The position numbers were made by a program, and so were the translations under genes. DNA of 64,000 nt from Spirochaetota bacterium (GTDB taxonomy: Bacteria; Spirochaetota; UBA4802; UBA5550). Below are positions 39,833 through 49,862 of this stretch, piece by piece. The notes under the pieces were generated by a model, which was not told where the DNA came from, made no database searches, and saw only the letters and a program-made list of their open reading frames with translations. Numbering within the stretch: the stretch's first letter is position 1; each line of letters starts with the position of its first letter. The stretch lies in contig JAGNKX010000010.1 in NCBI GenBank assembly GCA_017999915.1, positions 12,381 to 76,380 on the forward strand, written 5' to 3'.

Positions 39833-40767
39833 AACATATCGTTCTAATACTGATGCTGTGCTCCATCCCCGCGGCGGGGAAGGAGATGGCGGGGTATCAT
39901 ATCGCCAAGGACTTCAATCAGACCGAGGACATTATCAATAATATCCTGAAAGAGAAAACGGACGCGAAGTCCCCTGAGAAGCAAGAGGCCGTACCGGCAG
40001 ACCCCTCCGGCGGCGAGAAAAAGGAGTCAGCCCAACCGGCCGAGGAGAAGAAATCGATTCCCGTAATCCTTCCGGGGAAGGATAAGAAGGGAGTCGCGGC
40101 CAAGGAGGAGACCGCTCCGCGGGTGACCAACGAGGAGCAGGTGCTCCTGAAAACCGGCATTGATTTTTATAATAACGGCCTCTATGATCATTCCCTGAAA
40201 AAATTCCAGGACCTGTCGACGAAGTTTCCCCAGGGGACCTTCAAGGACAGCGCCCGCTTCTGGACGGGCAAGGTATATCTCAAGCAATATAAATACGATG
40301 ATGCCATAAGGGAATTTACCTCGGTCACGCCCCAGTCGGGGGATTATCCGGCCTCTCTTTATTTTTCCGGGGAAGGCCTCCTTATGAAAGGGGACCAGAT
40401 AGGATCCATAGAGTACTACCAGAGGGTGCAGGCCCAGTTCCCGGCCCATGAGCTCGCGGACAAGGCCCTTCTGAACATGGGCAGGCTCTACCTGTCACAG
40501 CAGAAAGGGGCCCAGGCCCTTGATTCGGCGGTGAAGATCATCAAGTATTACAAGGACCGCGATACCATCGATGACGCCTATTACCTCATGGGCAAGGTCT
40601 ACGAGAAGGACTCGCGGCTGAAGGACATCGAGACGGCCAGGAAAATCTACCGGCAATTCATCAAGAAAGGAGAGACCGATCCCCGCTTTGGAAAATCGCC
40701 GCTGAAAAAACGGGTCACCGACGACCTGCGGCGCATAGACAACATGTATTTCAAGCTTGAAAAGTGA
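39829..40767 (+). CDS. TPR-repeat periplasmic protein (CpoB/YbgF- or BamD-like)
   Basis: Signal peptide; TPR units (FWTGKVYLKQYKYDDAIREF ..., AYYLMGKVYEKDSR...). Confidence 0.6.
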   Translation: MKHIVLILMLCSIPAAGKEMAGYHIAKDFNQTEDIINNILKEKTDAKSPEKQEAVPADPSGGEKKESAQPAEEKKSIPVILPGKDKKGVAAKEETAPRVTNEEQVLLKTGIDFYNNGLYDHSLKKFQDLSTKFPQGTFKDSARFWTGKVYLKQYKYDDAIREFTSVTPQSGDYPASLYFSGEGLLMKGDQIGSIEYYQRVQAQFPAHELADKALLNMGRLYLSQQKGAQALDSAVKIIKYYKDRDTIDDAYYLMGKVYEKDSRLKDIETARKIYRQFIKKGETDPRFGKSPLKKRVTDDLRRIDNMYFKLEK

Positions 40768-40777
40768 CGGGTGGCCC

Positions 40778-41242
40778 ATGATGGATCAGGGAAGGTCAAA
40801 ATACAGTTACCGGGAGACGGGCCTTTCGCCGCACATGGAGGATTATGTGGAGGCGATCGTCGTGCTTTCGGAGACGAACCGGGTCGTCCGCGTCAAGGAC
40901 ATCGCCAAGAAGCTGAATATCAAGATGCCCAGCGTGTCGGCGGCCCTCTCAAAGCTTAAGGAAATGGATCTCATCGATTATGAAAAATACGGCTACATCG
41001 AGCTGACCGAGAAGGGCCATGACCTGGCGGGCCGCGTTTTGAAGCGCCATAACTGCCTCATCGACTTCTTCAGCAATGTGCTCCAGGTCGACCCGGCCGA
41101 GGCCGACGGCGAAGCGTGCAAGGTAGAGCATGCCCTGGCCCCGGGCACCTGCTCGCAGATCCACAAGTTCCTGGATTTCTACAAGGAAGAGGAGTCCGCG
41201 GGGAGCGAGTGGGTTGCCCGCCTCAAGAAATTGCTCGGATAG
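40778..41242 (+). CDS. DtxR/MntR-family metal-dependent transcriptional regulator
   Basis: SPHMEDYVEAIVVL and RVKDIAKKLNIKMPSVSAALSKLKEMDLI align with the MntR N-terminal wHTH; metal-site residues (H, E, C) in the dimerization region. Confidence 0.8.
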   Translation: MMDQGRSKYSYRETGLSPHMEDYVEAIVVLSETNRVVRVKDIAKKLNIKMPSVSAALSKLKEMDLIDYEKYGYIELTEKGHDLAGRVLKRHNCLIDFFSNVLQVDPAEADGEACKVEHALAPGTCSQIHKFLDFYKEEESAGSEWVARLKKLLG

Positions 41243-41250
41243 AAATAAAA

Positions 41251-41279
41251 AACGGGCGCTTTCGTGCCCGTTTTTTTAT
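41251..41279. terminator. bidirectional intrinsic terminator (A6-acgggcgc-tttc-gtgcccgt-T7) between convergent DtxR-like gene and fusA
   Basis: 8-bp stem with flanking A and T runs. Confidence 0.55.
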
Positions 41280-41309
41280 CAAAAAATATTGCCGATCGAC
41301 AGGAAGTTA

Positions 41310-43388
41310 TCAGCTCGCCTTTTCCTTTTTCTTGGCTTCCATCTCCTTCAAGACCTTTTCCTGCACTTCCTTGTTCAGCGGGACATACTTGAAGAATTCC
41401 ATCGAGTAGTTTGCGCGCCCGCTGGAGATATTGCGCAGCTGCGTGGCGTAGCCGAACATCTCCATGAGGGGTACGAAGCCGATGACCTTCTGGGAGCCCT
41501 TGCGGTAGCGGCGCATCGATTCGATGCGTCCCCGCCGCTTGTTCAGGTCGCCCACGACCTCGCCGATGTAATCATCCGGGGTGTTGACCTCGATCTTCAT
41601 CATCGGCTCGAGTAAAATGGGATTGGCCTTGAGGAAGCCTTCCTTGAAGCAGATGGCGGCGCAGGTCCGGAACGCCATGTCGGAGGAGTCGACCTCGTGG
41701 TAGGTGCCGTCGAGGAGCACCACCTTCACATCGACCACCGGGAATTCCGAGAGGATGCCATCGGCCATGGTTGCCTCCACGCCCTTGCGAACCGACGGGA
41801 TATACTCATTAGGTATGACGCCGCCCTTGATACGATCCTCGAACTCGAAGCCCTTGCCCTCGTTGGGCTCGAGGCGCATCACGGTGTGGGCGTATTGTCC
41901 GCGGCCGCCGGTCTGCTTCGAGTGCTTGTAGTTGCTTTCTACTTCCTTCGTGATGGTTTCGCGGAAGGCCACTGACGGCGCGCCTACCTCGGCGATGGCG
42001 TCGAATTCCGTCTTCAGGCGGTCGATGATGATCTCCAGGTGGAGCTCGCCCATGCCGGCGATGATGGTTTCATTCGTTTCATCGTTGAACCGCACTTTGA
42101 AAGACGGGTCTTCCATGGCCAGCTTGCGGAGGGCCGCCCCGAGCTTTTCCTCCTCCTTCTTGGAGGGGGGCGTGATCTTCATCTCGATGACCGAAGGAGG
42201 AATGAATATCGACTCCAGGTAGAGAGGATGATCGGAATCGCACAGCGTGTCGCCGGTCTTGGTGAATTTCATGCCGATGAGGGCCACGATATCGCCGGGG
42301 CCGGCGGTTTCAACCTCTTCTCGCTCCTTGGCGTGGATCCTGAGGATCCGGCCGATGCGCTCGGTTTTCTGCTTTGTCGAGTTGTATACCTGCATGCCGC
42401 TCTTCAATTCGCCGGAGTAGACCCGGATGAATGTCTGCTGCCCCACGTAGGGATCGTGGATCAGCTTGAAGGCGAGGGCCGCAAAGGGGTCCTTGCCGGA
42501 AGGATGCCGGGTGTGTGATTTTTCCGAATCGTTAATATCCATACCGACGATCGCGCCCTTGTCGATGGGCGATGGCAGGTAATCCACTACCGAATCCAGC
42601 AGCTGGTGCACTCCCTTGTTCTTGTACGCGGAACCGCACAGGACCGGGGTAATAAGCATCTTGATGGTGGCCTCGCGGGCGGCTTTTTTAAGGAGCTCGG
42701 TGGGAATTTCCTTCCCGTTCAGGTACAGGTCGGCGATCTCTTCATTATAATCAGCGAGTTTTTCAATGACATGCTGGCGGGCTTCTTCGGTTTTGGTCTT
42801 GTAATCCTCGGGCACGTCTTCGATGACACGGTCTTTGTCCTTGAACAAATGGGCCTTTCTCTCGATGACATCTATGCAGCCCTCAAAGCTGTCTTCAATG
42901 CCGATAGGAATCTGGAAGGGAACCGGGTTCGCGTCGAGATATTTCTCCATCTGGTGGACGACTTCATGGAAGTCAGCGCCGATGCGGTCCATCTTGTTGA
43001 CATAAGCGATCCGGGGCACCCGGTAACGGTCGGCCTGGTTCCACACGGTCTCGCTCTGGGGCTCGACGCCGCCCACGGCGCAGAACACGGCGACCATGCC
43101 GTCAATGACCCGCAGGGACCGCTCTACCTCGACGGTGAAATCGACGTGGCCCGGTGTGTCAATGATATTGACCTGGTGGTTGTTCCAGGTGCAGGAAATG
43201 GCCGCGGAGGCGATGGTGATGCCCCGCTCCTGCTCCTGCTTCATGAAGTCCATGGTGGCTTCACCGTCGTGCACTTCGCCCAGCTTCCTCGTGGTGCCGG
43301 TGAAGAAGAGAATACGCTCGGTAACGGTCGTTTTGCCCGCGTCTATATGCGCGGCGATACCAATATTTCTCAGTTTCTGTAATGGCAT
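41310..43388 (-). CDS. fusA: elongation factor G (stand-alone paralog, not in an rpsL-rpsG-fusA-tuf context)
   Basis: [10 protein letters not shown]1 motif, [12 protein letters not shown]; all five EF-G domains. Confidence 0.95.
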   Translation of the reverse strand: MPLQKLRNIGIAAHIDAGKTTVTERILFFTGTTRKLGEVHDGEATMDFMKQEQERGITIASAAISCTWNNHQVNIIDTPGHVDFTVEVERSLRVIDGMVAVFCAVGGVEPQSETVWNQADRYRVPRIAYVNKMDRIGADFHEVVHQMEKYLDANPVPFQIPIGIEDSFEGCIDVIERKAHLFKDKDRVIEDVPEDYKTKTEEARQHVIEKLADYNEEIADLYLNGKEIPTELLKKAAREATIKMLITPVLCGSAYKNKGVHQLLDSVVDYLPSPIDKGAIVGMDINDSEKSHTRHPSGKDPFAALAFKLIHDPYVGQQTFIRVYSGELKSGMQVYNSTKQKTERIGRILRIHAKEREEVETAGPGDIVALIGMKFTKTGDTLCDSDHPLYLESIFIPPSVIEMKITPPSKKEEEKLGAALRKLAMEDPSFKVRFNDETNETIIAGMGELHLEIIIDRLKTEFDAIAEVGAPSVAFRETITKEVESNYKHSKQTGGRGQYAHTVMRLEPNEGKGFEFEDRIKGGVIPNEYIPSVRKGVEATMADGILSEFPVVDVKVVLLDGTYHEVDSSDMAFRTCAAICFKEGFLKANPILLEPMMKIEVNTPDDYIGEVVGDLNKRRGRIESMRRYRKGSQKVIGFVPLMEMFGYATQLRNISSGRANYSMEFFKYVPLNKEVQEKVLKEMEAKKKEKAS

Positions 43389-43552
43389 AGTGATTCCTCA
43401 AGCTATTTATAATATTCGGCAGATTCGGCACGGGAGCTTGTCTGCAGTTATCGTCAATCCTGATGGACCGTCTTTCGGCAAAATAAGGGGCATAATCTAC
43501 GGAGGTCTTTTTTTGTCAATAGAAAATTTGTGAAAAATTTTTGATTAACATT

Positions 43553-44044
43553 TTATTCCTGCAGGATGTCAATCATGCTCAGCTGCAGCTCCGCCTGCTG
43601 GCGGTAGGCCGAATCCGCGTGGTTTTCCACTATATCATTGAATATCTCGGCCGCTTTTTTCTCGTTCCCCATCTTGATGTGGCATATGCCGATATTGAAA
43701 TACGCCTCAATGCCGCTTTCGGTATTGCTGAATTCCTCGTACAGGGCCCGGTAGTTATCAATGGCCTTCATGTATTCCATGCGGTTGAAATATATCTCCG
43801 CGATGTGGCGGTACACCTCGTGGCGGTGGGTGCCGTTGTAGTAAATTTCCAGGTATTCGTTGAATGTCTCAAGGGCCTTGTTGTATTTCTTGATTTTCAG
43901 GAATCCGACGCCGTTCTGGAACTTGAGATCGTCCGCGAGTGCATCGAGGCTTTGACTCTCGTCTTTAACGTCAGCGGCGTGAATAACACCCGGCGTCACG
44001 GCCAGGGACAGGATAACAATCAGGATAATTCGTATGGCGCCCAT
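43553..44044 (-). CDS. secreted TPR-repeat protein
   Basis: Signal peptide; TPR units (YRHIAEIYFNRMEYMKAIDNY...). Confidence 0.6.
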   Translation of the reverse strand: MGAIRIILIVILSLAVTPGVIHAADVKDESQSLDALADDLKFQNGVGFLKIKKYNKALETFNEYLEIYYNGTHRHEVYRHIAEIYFNRMEYMKAIDNYRALYEEFSNTESGIEAYFNIGICHIKMGNEKKAAEIFNDIVENHADSAYRQQAELQLSMIDILQE

Positions 44045-44278
44045 GTTAACGTTCCTTGTACATCAGATTATAGATTGAATTTCGGCATTAATGAGACATA
44101 ATATTAGCATTTTTTGTATTGTGGAAGTGTCAGAGTAAGTTCCAGGCGCCGGGCGTTGAAAAAAGGGAAGATAGTTATCGCCCCTCTTCCAAATTTCAGT
44201 CGGATTGGTGGATTTCACTGCATGGCTGTGGCAAGTCTATAGTATTCTTGTGATGCCATGGATTTTACAGGGCCCTGC

Positions 44279-45490
44279 CTACAGGTTTTGCTCTGACCCC
44301 ATGGTAATGTCCGGCGCCGGCCCCTCGGCGGCATCCAGGCTCCCGTATCGGAGGGCCGCCTTGATCAGAATGACAGCCACCAGGAACATGGCGGCGCACA
44401 CGTTGAAGGCCACCAGGTAGGAATCCCGGTAATCGATGAGGAATCCCAGGCCAAGGGCGAAGATCATCATGCCGCCGTTAAATGAAGCGGTAAAGAGGGC
44501 GTTGGCCTTGCTCCGGTCCCCGGGATCAACGATGCTCACCTGGATGGTGTTCAGCACCGGGTAAAGGATTCCGTGGGTGATCCCGTACATGACGCTCACC
44601 ACGATCAGCATGAGGATGGAATCAAGAAAATTGAGGAAGACGTTCATCATAGCGCCGACGATGAAAACGGCCATGATCAGGGCGCTTTTGCTGAAGCGGC
44701 TGACCTGCTTGATGAAGGTAAACCGGATAATAATAAGCACCGCTATGTACATCAGAAAAAAATATGAGAAATTGAACGGCGTGGTGGTGCGGATGAAGTT
44801 CGGGAGATATGTCACGATGACGCCGAATCCGCCGCCGAAGATCATGGAGACGAAGAACATGATGACGAACTTAGGCTTTGCCATGAGATGCAGGGATCCG
44901 CGGCTCTCTGGCAGGGCATCGGTGAAAGCGGCTCCCTCGGGGCGCGGCATGACAAAGGTTATGGCAAGGCTCATCAGCACCAGCGCCACCGAAAGGGCGA
45001 ATATCACCTGGTGGGGGTATCCGCGGGAAAGGATCATCTCGCCGACAAAGGGGCTTATGGCGTTGCTGATGGCGCCGGTGATGCCATAGATGCCGATGGC
45101 CTCCGCGGCCTCTTTCATGGGGACTATCTCGAAAATGATCGAAGTTCCCAGGATCATGGCCACGGAGAATCCGATCCCATGGACGATCCGTATTATGAGG
45201 AGCGCCCATGTCAGCGATGTCACCAGCAGGTACGACGCGTATGCGCAGGCGATGATCATGTAGCCGACACGAAGAAGGCGTATCCTGTCCCTGCCGTGCA
45301 TGATAACTCCCATGTTGATCGCCGTGATGATAGTGAAGATTTTATCGACATTATTCATTATCCCGATATAGGATTCGGTGGCGCCCAGATTTTTCAGGTA
45401 GATCGGCAGGAGTATAAAGAGGGAATTGCCAAGGAAAAACATTAAGTTTGCCAGGGCCAGATAATAGAATAATGAATTATACCGCTTCAT
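44279..45490 (-). CDS. MFS transporter
   Basis: 12 predicted TM helices; MFS motif-A-like G..R..DR.G (HGRDRIRLLRVG). Confidence 0.8.
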   Translation of the reverse strand: MKRYNSLFYYLALANLMFFLGNSLFILLPIYLKNLGATESYIGIMNNVDKIFTIITAINMGVIMHGRDRIRLLRVGYMIIACAYASYLLVTSLTWALLIIRIVHGIGFSVAMILGTSIIFEIVPMKEAAEAIGIYGITGAISNAISPFVGEMILSRGYPHQVIFALSVALVLMSLAITFVMPRPEGAAFTDALPESRGSLHLMAKPKFVIMFFVSMIFGGGFGVIVTYLPNFIRTTTPFNFSYFFLMYIAVLIIIRFTFIKQVSRFSKSALIMAVFIVGAMMNVFLNFLDSILMLIVVSVMYGITHGILYPVLNTIQVSIVDPGDRSKANALFTASFNGGMMIFALGLGFLIDYRDSYLVAFNVCAAMFLVAVILIKAALRYGSLDAAEGPAPDITMGSEQNL

Positions 45491-45555
45491 GGCTTAACCA
45501 TATTGATGGTTGATGAATAGCAAGGATTTTTTGCTTTTCGAGGGATAGTTTTACT

Positions 45556-45571
45556 CTGGCACCGGGATTGC
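45556..45571 (+). promoter_or_regulatory. sigma54-type promoter, perfect consensus TGGCAC-N5-TTGCA; a weaker GG-N10-GC copy at ~45662..45677
   Basis: ctGGCACcgggaTTGCA read directly; oriented toward the nitroreductase at 45727; overlaps a GGTGCCAGAGTAA repeat copy on the opposite strand. Confidence 0.45.
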
Positions 45572-45726
45572 ACATTGTGCGGCCAGAGAAACCATGAAAT
45601 TGGAAATTATAGAACTTATGAATATAATCATATTTATGGCCGCTATTTTTAAAAGTCCGGGCTGGAAAATGGATTGCATTAATAATAATAGAGATATTAA
45701 TAGAATATAGAGCATGGAGGCCATTG

Positions 45727-46278
45727 ATGGAACTAAAAGAAGCGATCCTGAAACGAAGAAGCGTCAGGAAATTCACCGGCTACCAGGTCACCGATGAAGA
45801 TGTCAATGAATTGCTTGAGGCAGCCCGGTGGGCCCCATCTTGGGCCAACACCCAGGTCTGGGAATTCATTGTAGTCAGGGACAGACAGATAATCGAAAAG
45901 ATCGCCGCCACCCTTGCTCAGAATAATCCGGCGGTCAAGTGCACCCAATCGGCCTCGGTGGTCATAGTGGGATGCGCCAGAAGGGGCGTTTCCGGCGCCC
46001 ATGACGGGAAAAACCTCACCATATTCTCCGAATGGTTCATGTTCGACCTGGCGCTGGCTGTGCAGAATCTCTGCCTGCGCGCCCATGATATGGGCCTCGG
46101 CACGGTCATCGTAAGTTACCTCGACCATCACGCCCTGAAAGGCGTGATGTCGGTGCCGGATGGCTATGAAGCTGTTACCGTTATTCCCGTGGGCAAACCC
46201 TCGGTACCGGACAAGCAGGGCCCGCCCCGTAGGGCTGTGGTTGATTTTACCCATCGGGACGTTTTCGGGAAAAAATAA
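45727..46278 (+). CDS. nitroreductase-family NAD(P)H flavin oxidoreductase
   Basis: RRSVRKF N-terminal motif; nitroreductase fold. Confidence 0.8.
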   Translation: MELKEAILKRRSVRKFTGYQVTDEDVNELLEAARWAPSWANTQVWEFIVVRDRQIIEKIAATLAQNNPAVKCTQSASVVIVGCARRGVSGAHDGKNLTIFSEWFMFDLALAVQNLCLRAHDMGLGTVIVSYLDHHALKGVMSVPDGYEAVTVIPVGKPSVPDKQGPPRRAVVDFTHRDVFGKK

Positions 46279-46295
46279 TAGAAACCGGGAGGGCT

Positions 46296-47111
46296 GTGAT
46301 GGGGGATACATGCATTCAGGTTGAATACAGGGGGCAGAGCGCCGTTATCACCTTGAACAGGCCTGATAAGAAGAACGTCTTTGACGCGAATATGTGGTCT
46401 GGCCTGGAACAGACGGTGCAGCAGCTTAAGTCCAATCTTCCCCGGGCCATCATCATAACGGGCGCCGGCAACGCTTTTTCCGCCGGCTTTGACGTGAATC
46501 CCGTGAATTCCCAGATAACAATCTTCGCAGAAGCGGTCAAAAAAAGGAGCCGTACCGCGGTTGAGGAGGTGGTGCGGTATATCCGTGAAACAGTGGATAA
46601 ACTGGTGGCCCTTCCGGTGCCGATAATCGCCGCCATCAACGGCCTCGCCTTCGGGGGCGGCGCCGAGCTTGCGGTCCGGTGTGACCTGCGGGTCATGGAT
46701 CCGGGAGCGGAAATCTGCTTCTCCGAAGTGCGGCTGGGGCTCATGCCTGATTGGGGCGGCGGGGTCGCCCTGAGCCGTCTCCTGGGAAGGTCCCGGGCGG
46801 CGGACCTGATCCTGACTGCCCGGAGGGTCCGGGCTGATGAGGCAATCTCCATGGGACTGGTGAATCGTATCAGTAAACCAGGGAAAAGCCTTGATGAATC
46901 CCTGGAGATAGCCGGCGGCATATCCAAAAACGGTCCCCTCGCGACCCGGGCCGCGCTGGAAGTGATACGCCGCTCCCCGGATATCCCCTTCAGGGACGCC
47001 CTGGAGTTGGAAACACTGGTCGCCTCGGATCTTATCGCATCCGGGGAATGCCTTCACGGCATCACGGCCTTTCTGAATAAGAAGGAGCCGGATTTTCCCG
47101 ACCCCCAGTAG
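46296..47111 (+). CDS. enoyl-CoA hydratase/isomerase (crotonase) family protein
   Basis: ITLNRPDKKN, AAINGLAFGGGAELA oxyanion-hole signature. Confidence 0.85.
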   Translation: MMGDTCIQVEYRGQSAVITLNRPDKKNVFDANMWSGLEQTVQQLKSNLPRAIIITGAGNAFSAGFDVNPVNSQITIFAEAVKKRSRTAVEEVVRYIRETVDKLVALPVPIIAAINGLAFGGGAELAVRCDLRVMDPGAEICFSEVRLGLMPDWGGGVALSRLLGRSRAADLILTARRVRADEAISMGLVNRISKPGKSLDESLEIAGGISKNGPLATRAALEVIRRSPDIPFRDALELETLVASDLIASGECLHGITAFLNKKEPDFPDPQ

Positions 47112-47120
47112 GGCCGGCGA

Positions 47121-47168
47121 TTTTACTCTGACACCTGGGATGATCAATTATAATTAGCTCTGACCCCC
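47121..47168 (-). repeat. two tandem copies of the GGKGYCAGAGYAA motif (reverse orientation) between the hydratase stop and the ygiQ start
   Basis: ttactctgacacc and agctctgaccccc. Confidence 0.6.
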
Positions 47169-47188
47169 TACTGTAGGAGAGAAGCATT

Positions 47189-48883
47189 TTGTTTATCCCC
47201 ACTACCATAGAAGAAGCAAACAAGCTCGGATGGGACCGGTTTGATGTAATCCTTATAAGCGGGGATACTTATGTAGACAGCCCCTACCTGGGAAGCGCCG
47301 TGATCGGTCATGTCCTCATGGACGCGGGGTACCGCGTGGGAATCATTGCCCAGCCGGATACGGGGAACGGCAAAGACATTACGCGCCTCGGGGAGCCGGT
47401 CCTGTTCTGGGGCGTCAGCTCAGGGTCAGTGGATTCCATGGTGGCCAATTACACGGCCACGGGAAAATGGCGCAGGCAGGATGACCTGACCCCCGGCGGA
47501 GAGAATAACCGACGCCCGGACCGGGCGGTCATTGTCTATTCAAACCTGATACGCCAGTATTTTAAGGATACGGTCCCGATTGTTATCGGCGGCATTGAGG
47601 CGAGTCTCCGCCGAGTGGCTCATTATGATTTCCGCGACAACAGTATCCGCCGCTCCATCCTTTTTGATGCCAAGGCGGATATCCTGGCCTACGGCATGGC
47701 GGAGCGGACCGTGGTGGAGCTGGCGCAGTGCATCAAGTCAGGCAAAGACTTCCATGGCCTCCGCGGCATCTGCTACATCGCGGGATACACGATCAATGAT
47801 TATATCAATCTCCCCTCATATGAAGACACGGCGCAGAACAAGGGCGAATTCATGGAGATGAGCCGCATCTATTTCGGCAACTGCGATCCGGTGAACGCCA
47901 GGGGAATGGTCCAGAAGCACGGGGACCGCTTCCTGATCCACAATCCTCCATCCATTCCCCTTTCCTCTGAAGAGCTGGACCGGGTCTACGAGCTTCCCTA
48001 TGAAAGGGACACGCATCCCTTCTATAAAAAATTGGGAACCGTGCGCGCCCTTGACACGATCCGTTTTTCCATAACAACGCACCGGGGATGTTTCGGCGGC
48101 TGCAACTTCTGCTCCATCGCCGTGCACCAGGGAAGCGCCGTTGTTTCGCGAAGCGAAGGATCGATCTTTCGGGAGGCGAAGGGATTTGTGCGGCGCCCCG
48201 GGTTTCGCGGCATTATCGCCGATATCGGCGGCCCCACGGCGAATATGTACGGGATGGTGTGCAGGAGCATGGAGCGCCGGGGCCCGTGCGCGGATAAGCG
48301 GTGCCTGGGAGGGCACGTGTGCCGCACCATGAGCGTGTCCCACAAGAGCCAGATAAGCCTTCTTCGCAAGATCAGGGGGATACCCGGCGTCCGCAAATCC
48401 TTTGTGGCTTCCGGAATTCGCCATGACCTGGTCATGGCCGATAGCCGGGCCGGGGAGGAATATCTTTCCGAGGTCGTGAAGAACCATGTTTCCGGTCAGC
48501 TCAAGATCGCGCCGGAGCATTGCGTGGACAGCGTCCTCGAGCTTATGGGGAAGCCCTCGGTGGAAAGCCTTCTGCCCTTTCGCGATCTTTTTTTCCGCCT
48601 TACGAAGCAATACCGGAAGAAGCAGTTTCTCACCTACTACTTCATCGCCGCCCACCCCGGGAGCACCCTGAACCACATGAAGTCCCTGCGATGGTTCGTC
48701 CAGAACGAGCTCCACCTTGACCCTGAGCAGGTGCAGATATTCACGCCCCTGCCGTCGACCTGGTCCACGGTCATGTATTACACGGGCATCGATCCCTTTA
48801 CCGGCGACCAGGTCTTCGTGGAGAGGAACAACGCGGAAAAAGAGAAGCAGAAGAAGGCCCTGGGCCGCCCCCATAAGAAATGA
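47189..48883 (+). CDS. ygiQ: YgiQ-family radical SAM protein (UPF0313)
   Basis: Conserved N-terminus (WDRFDVILISGDTYVDSP); radical-SAM cysteine cluster HRGCFGGCNFCS. Confidence 0.85.
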   Translation: MFIPTTIEEANKLGWDRFDVILISGDTYVDSPYLGSAVIGHVLMDAGYRVGIIAQPDTGNGKDITRLGEPVLFWGVSSGSVDSMVANYTATGKWRRQDDLTPGGENNRRPDRAVIVYSNLIRQYFKDTVPIVIGGIEASLRRVAHYDFRDNSIRRSILFDAKADILAYGMAERTVVELAQCIKSGKDFHGLRGICYIAGYTINDYINLPSYEDTAQNKGEFMEMSRIYFGNCDPVNARGMVQKHGDRFLIHNPPSIPLSSEELDRVYELPYERDTHPFYKKLGTVRALDTIRFSITTHRGCFGGCNFCSIAVHQGSAVVSRSEGSIFREAKGFVRRPGFRGIIADIGGPTANMYGMVCRSMERRGPCADKRCLGGHVCRTMSVSHKSQISLLRKIRGIPGVRKSFVASGIRHDLVMADSRAGEEYLSEVVKNHVSGQLKIAPEHCVDSVLELMGKPSVESLLPFRDLFFRLTKQYRKKQFLTYYFIAAHPGSTLNHMKSLRWFVQNELHLDPEQVQIFTPLPSTWSTVMYYTGIDPFTGDQVFVERNNAEKEKQKKALGRPHKK

Positions 48884-48931
48884 AAGCCGTTCCCGGGAGC
48901 CGCATTCCTACCGGATTTGCGGCTTCGGTTC

Positions 48932-49858
48932 TTACTTATACACGATGCCGGCAAAGGTGCGCCGCATGCCCCTCGTATACCTGAACGCCGGGTGTCCCGC
49001 TATCATGGCCAGGGAGACCCTGTTTTCCGCCGGGATCCCCCATTTTTCCTTGAGCTTTTTCTCCCGCTCCAGAGCGAAGGCCACGGTGCCGATCATGCAG
49101 GTGCCGAGTCCGAGGGATTCCGCCGCGATCATGGCGTAGGTGCAGGCGATGTGGCCGTCGACCGGGTCGGCATAGGGTGACTGGTGGAAGAGAAGAACCG
49201 CCGGGGCTCCGTAGAAAAGTAGGTCAACCTTTCGCTTTCGTTCCTCGATCATCATCTTCGTGGCGGGAAGGATGAAATCCCTGAACGCTTCCACATCGGC
49301 CTTTTTCATGAAAGGCCTCATTAACGCCATTACGACCGGGTTGAAGAAGCGCTGCCATTTCTCGAAGACCCTGAGGATGTCGCCGGCGCATTCCTGGACC
49401 CGGTCAAAACCATGGACAACGGTAACAGCCACGTCAGAAGGTGGAATCCCCATGGGGGCGCTGGTGGACATGGAGAGAAGACGATCGATTGTTTTCTTTT
49501 CAATTTCCCTATCGGCAAATTCCCTGACACTGCGGCGGCAGAGAAGCAATGCTTCCAGCGATTCAGGTGTTGCGCGCTTCTCCTTCTTCGGAAGGACAAA
49601 ACTGTCGGCAGGGCCGATCCTGCGGCCCCTTACGGTGACGGCGCCTCTGGGACAGACCATCATGCACTGGCCGCAGCCGATGCAGCCCAGGCCGTTGTCC
49701 GGGGATATGGAGGGCGTGCCGTCGATGCTGACAATCGTAAAGGATTTACACACCTTGACGCATAATCCGCACTTCGTGCAAAGTTTCAGATTGATCAGAG
49801 GCACGGCCGGTTCGTTGCCGAATCCGGTGGTTATGGTTTTTCCCGGTTTTCCTTTCAT
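48932..49858 (-). CDS. 2x[4Fe-4S] ferredoxin-domain / nitroreductase-domain fusion protein
   Basis: CTKCGLCVKVC and CIGCGQCMMVCP clusters followed by a nitroreductase-like fold (RRSVREF). Confidence 0.75.
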   Translation of the reverse strand: MKGKPGKTITTGFGNEPAVPLINLKLCTKCGLCVKVCKSFTIVSIDGTPSISPDNGLGCIGCGQCMMVCPRGAVTVRGRRIGPADSFVLPKKEKRATPESLEALLLCRRSVREFADREIEKKTIDRLLSMSTSAPMGIPPSDVAVTVVHGFDRVQECAGDILRVFEKWQRFFNPVVMALMRPFMKKADVEAFRDFILPATKMMIEERKRKVDLLFYGAPAVLLFHQSPYADPVDGHIACTYAMIAAESLGLGTCMIGTVAFALEREKKLKEKWGIPAENRVSLAMIAGHPAFRYTRGMRRTFAGIVYK

Positions 49859-49862
49859 GGTA

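Noticed and set aside
40757-40777. Longer start of the DtxR-like gene overlapping the preceding TPR gene by 11 nt
   Set aside because: The MntR-type N-terminus aligns from ..SPHMEDY; the extra MKSDGWP residues are unsupported, so the internal start was used.
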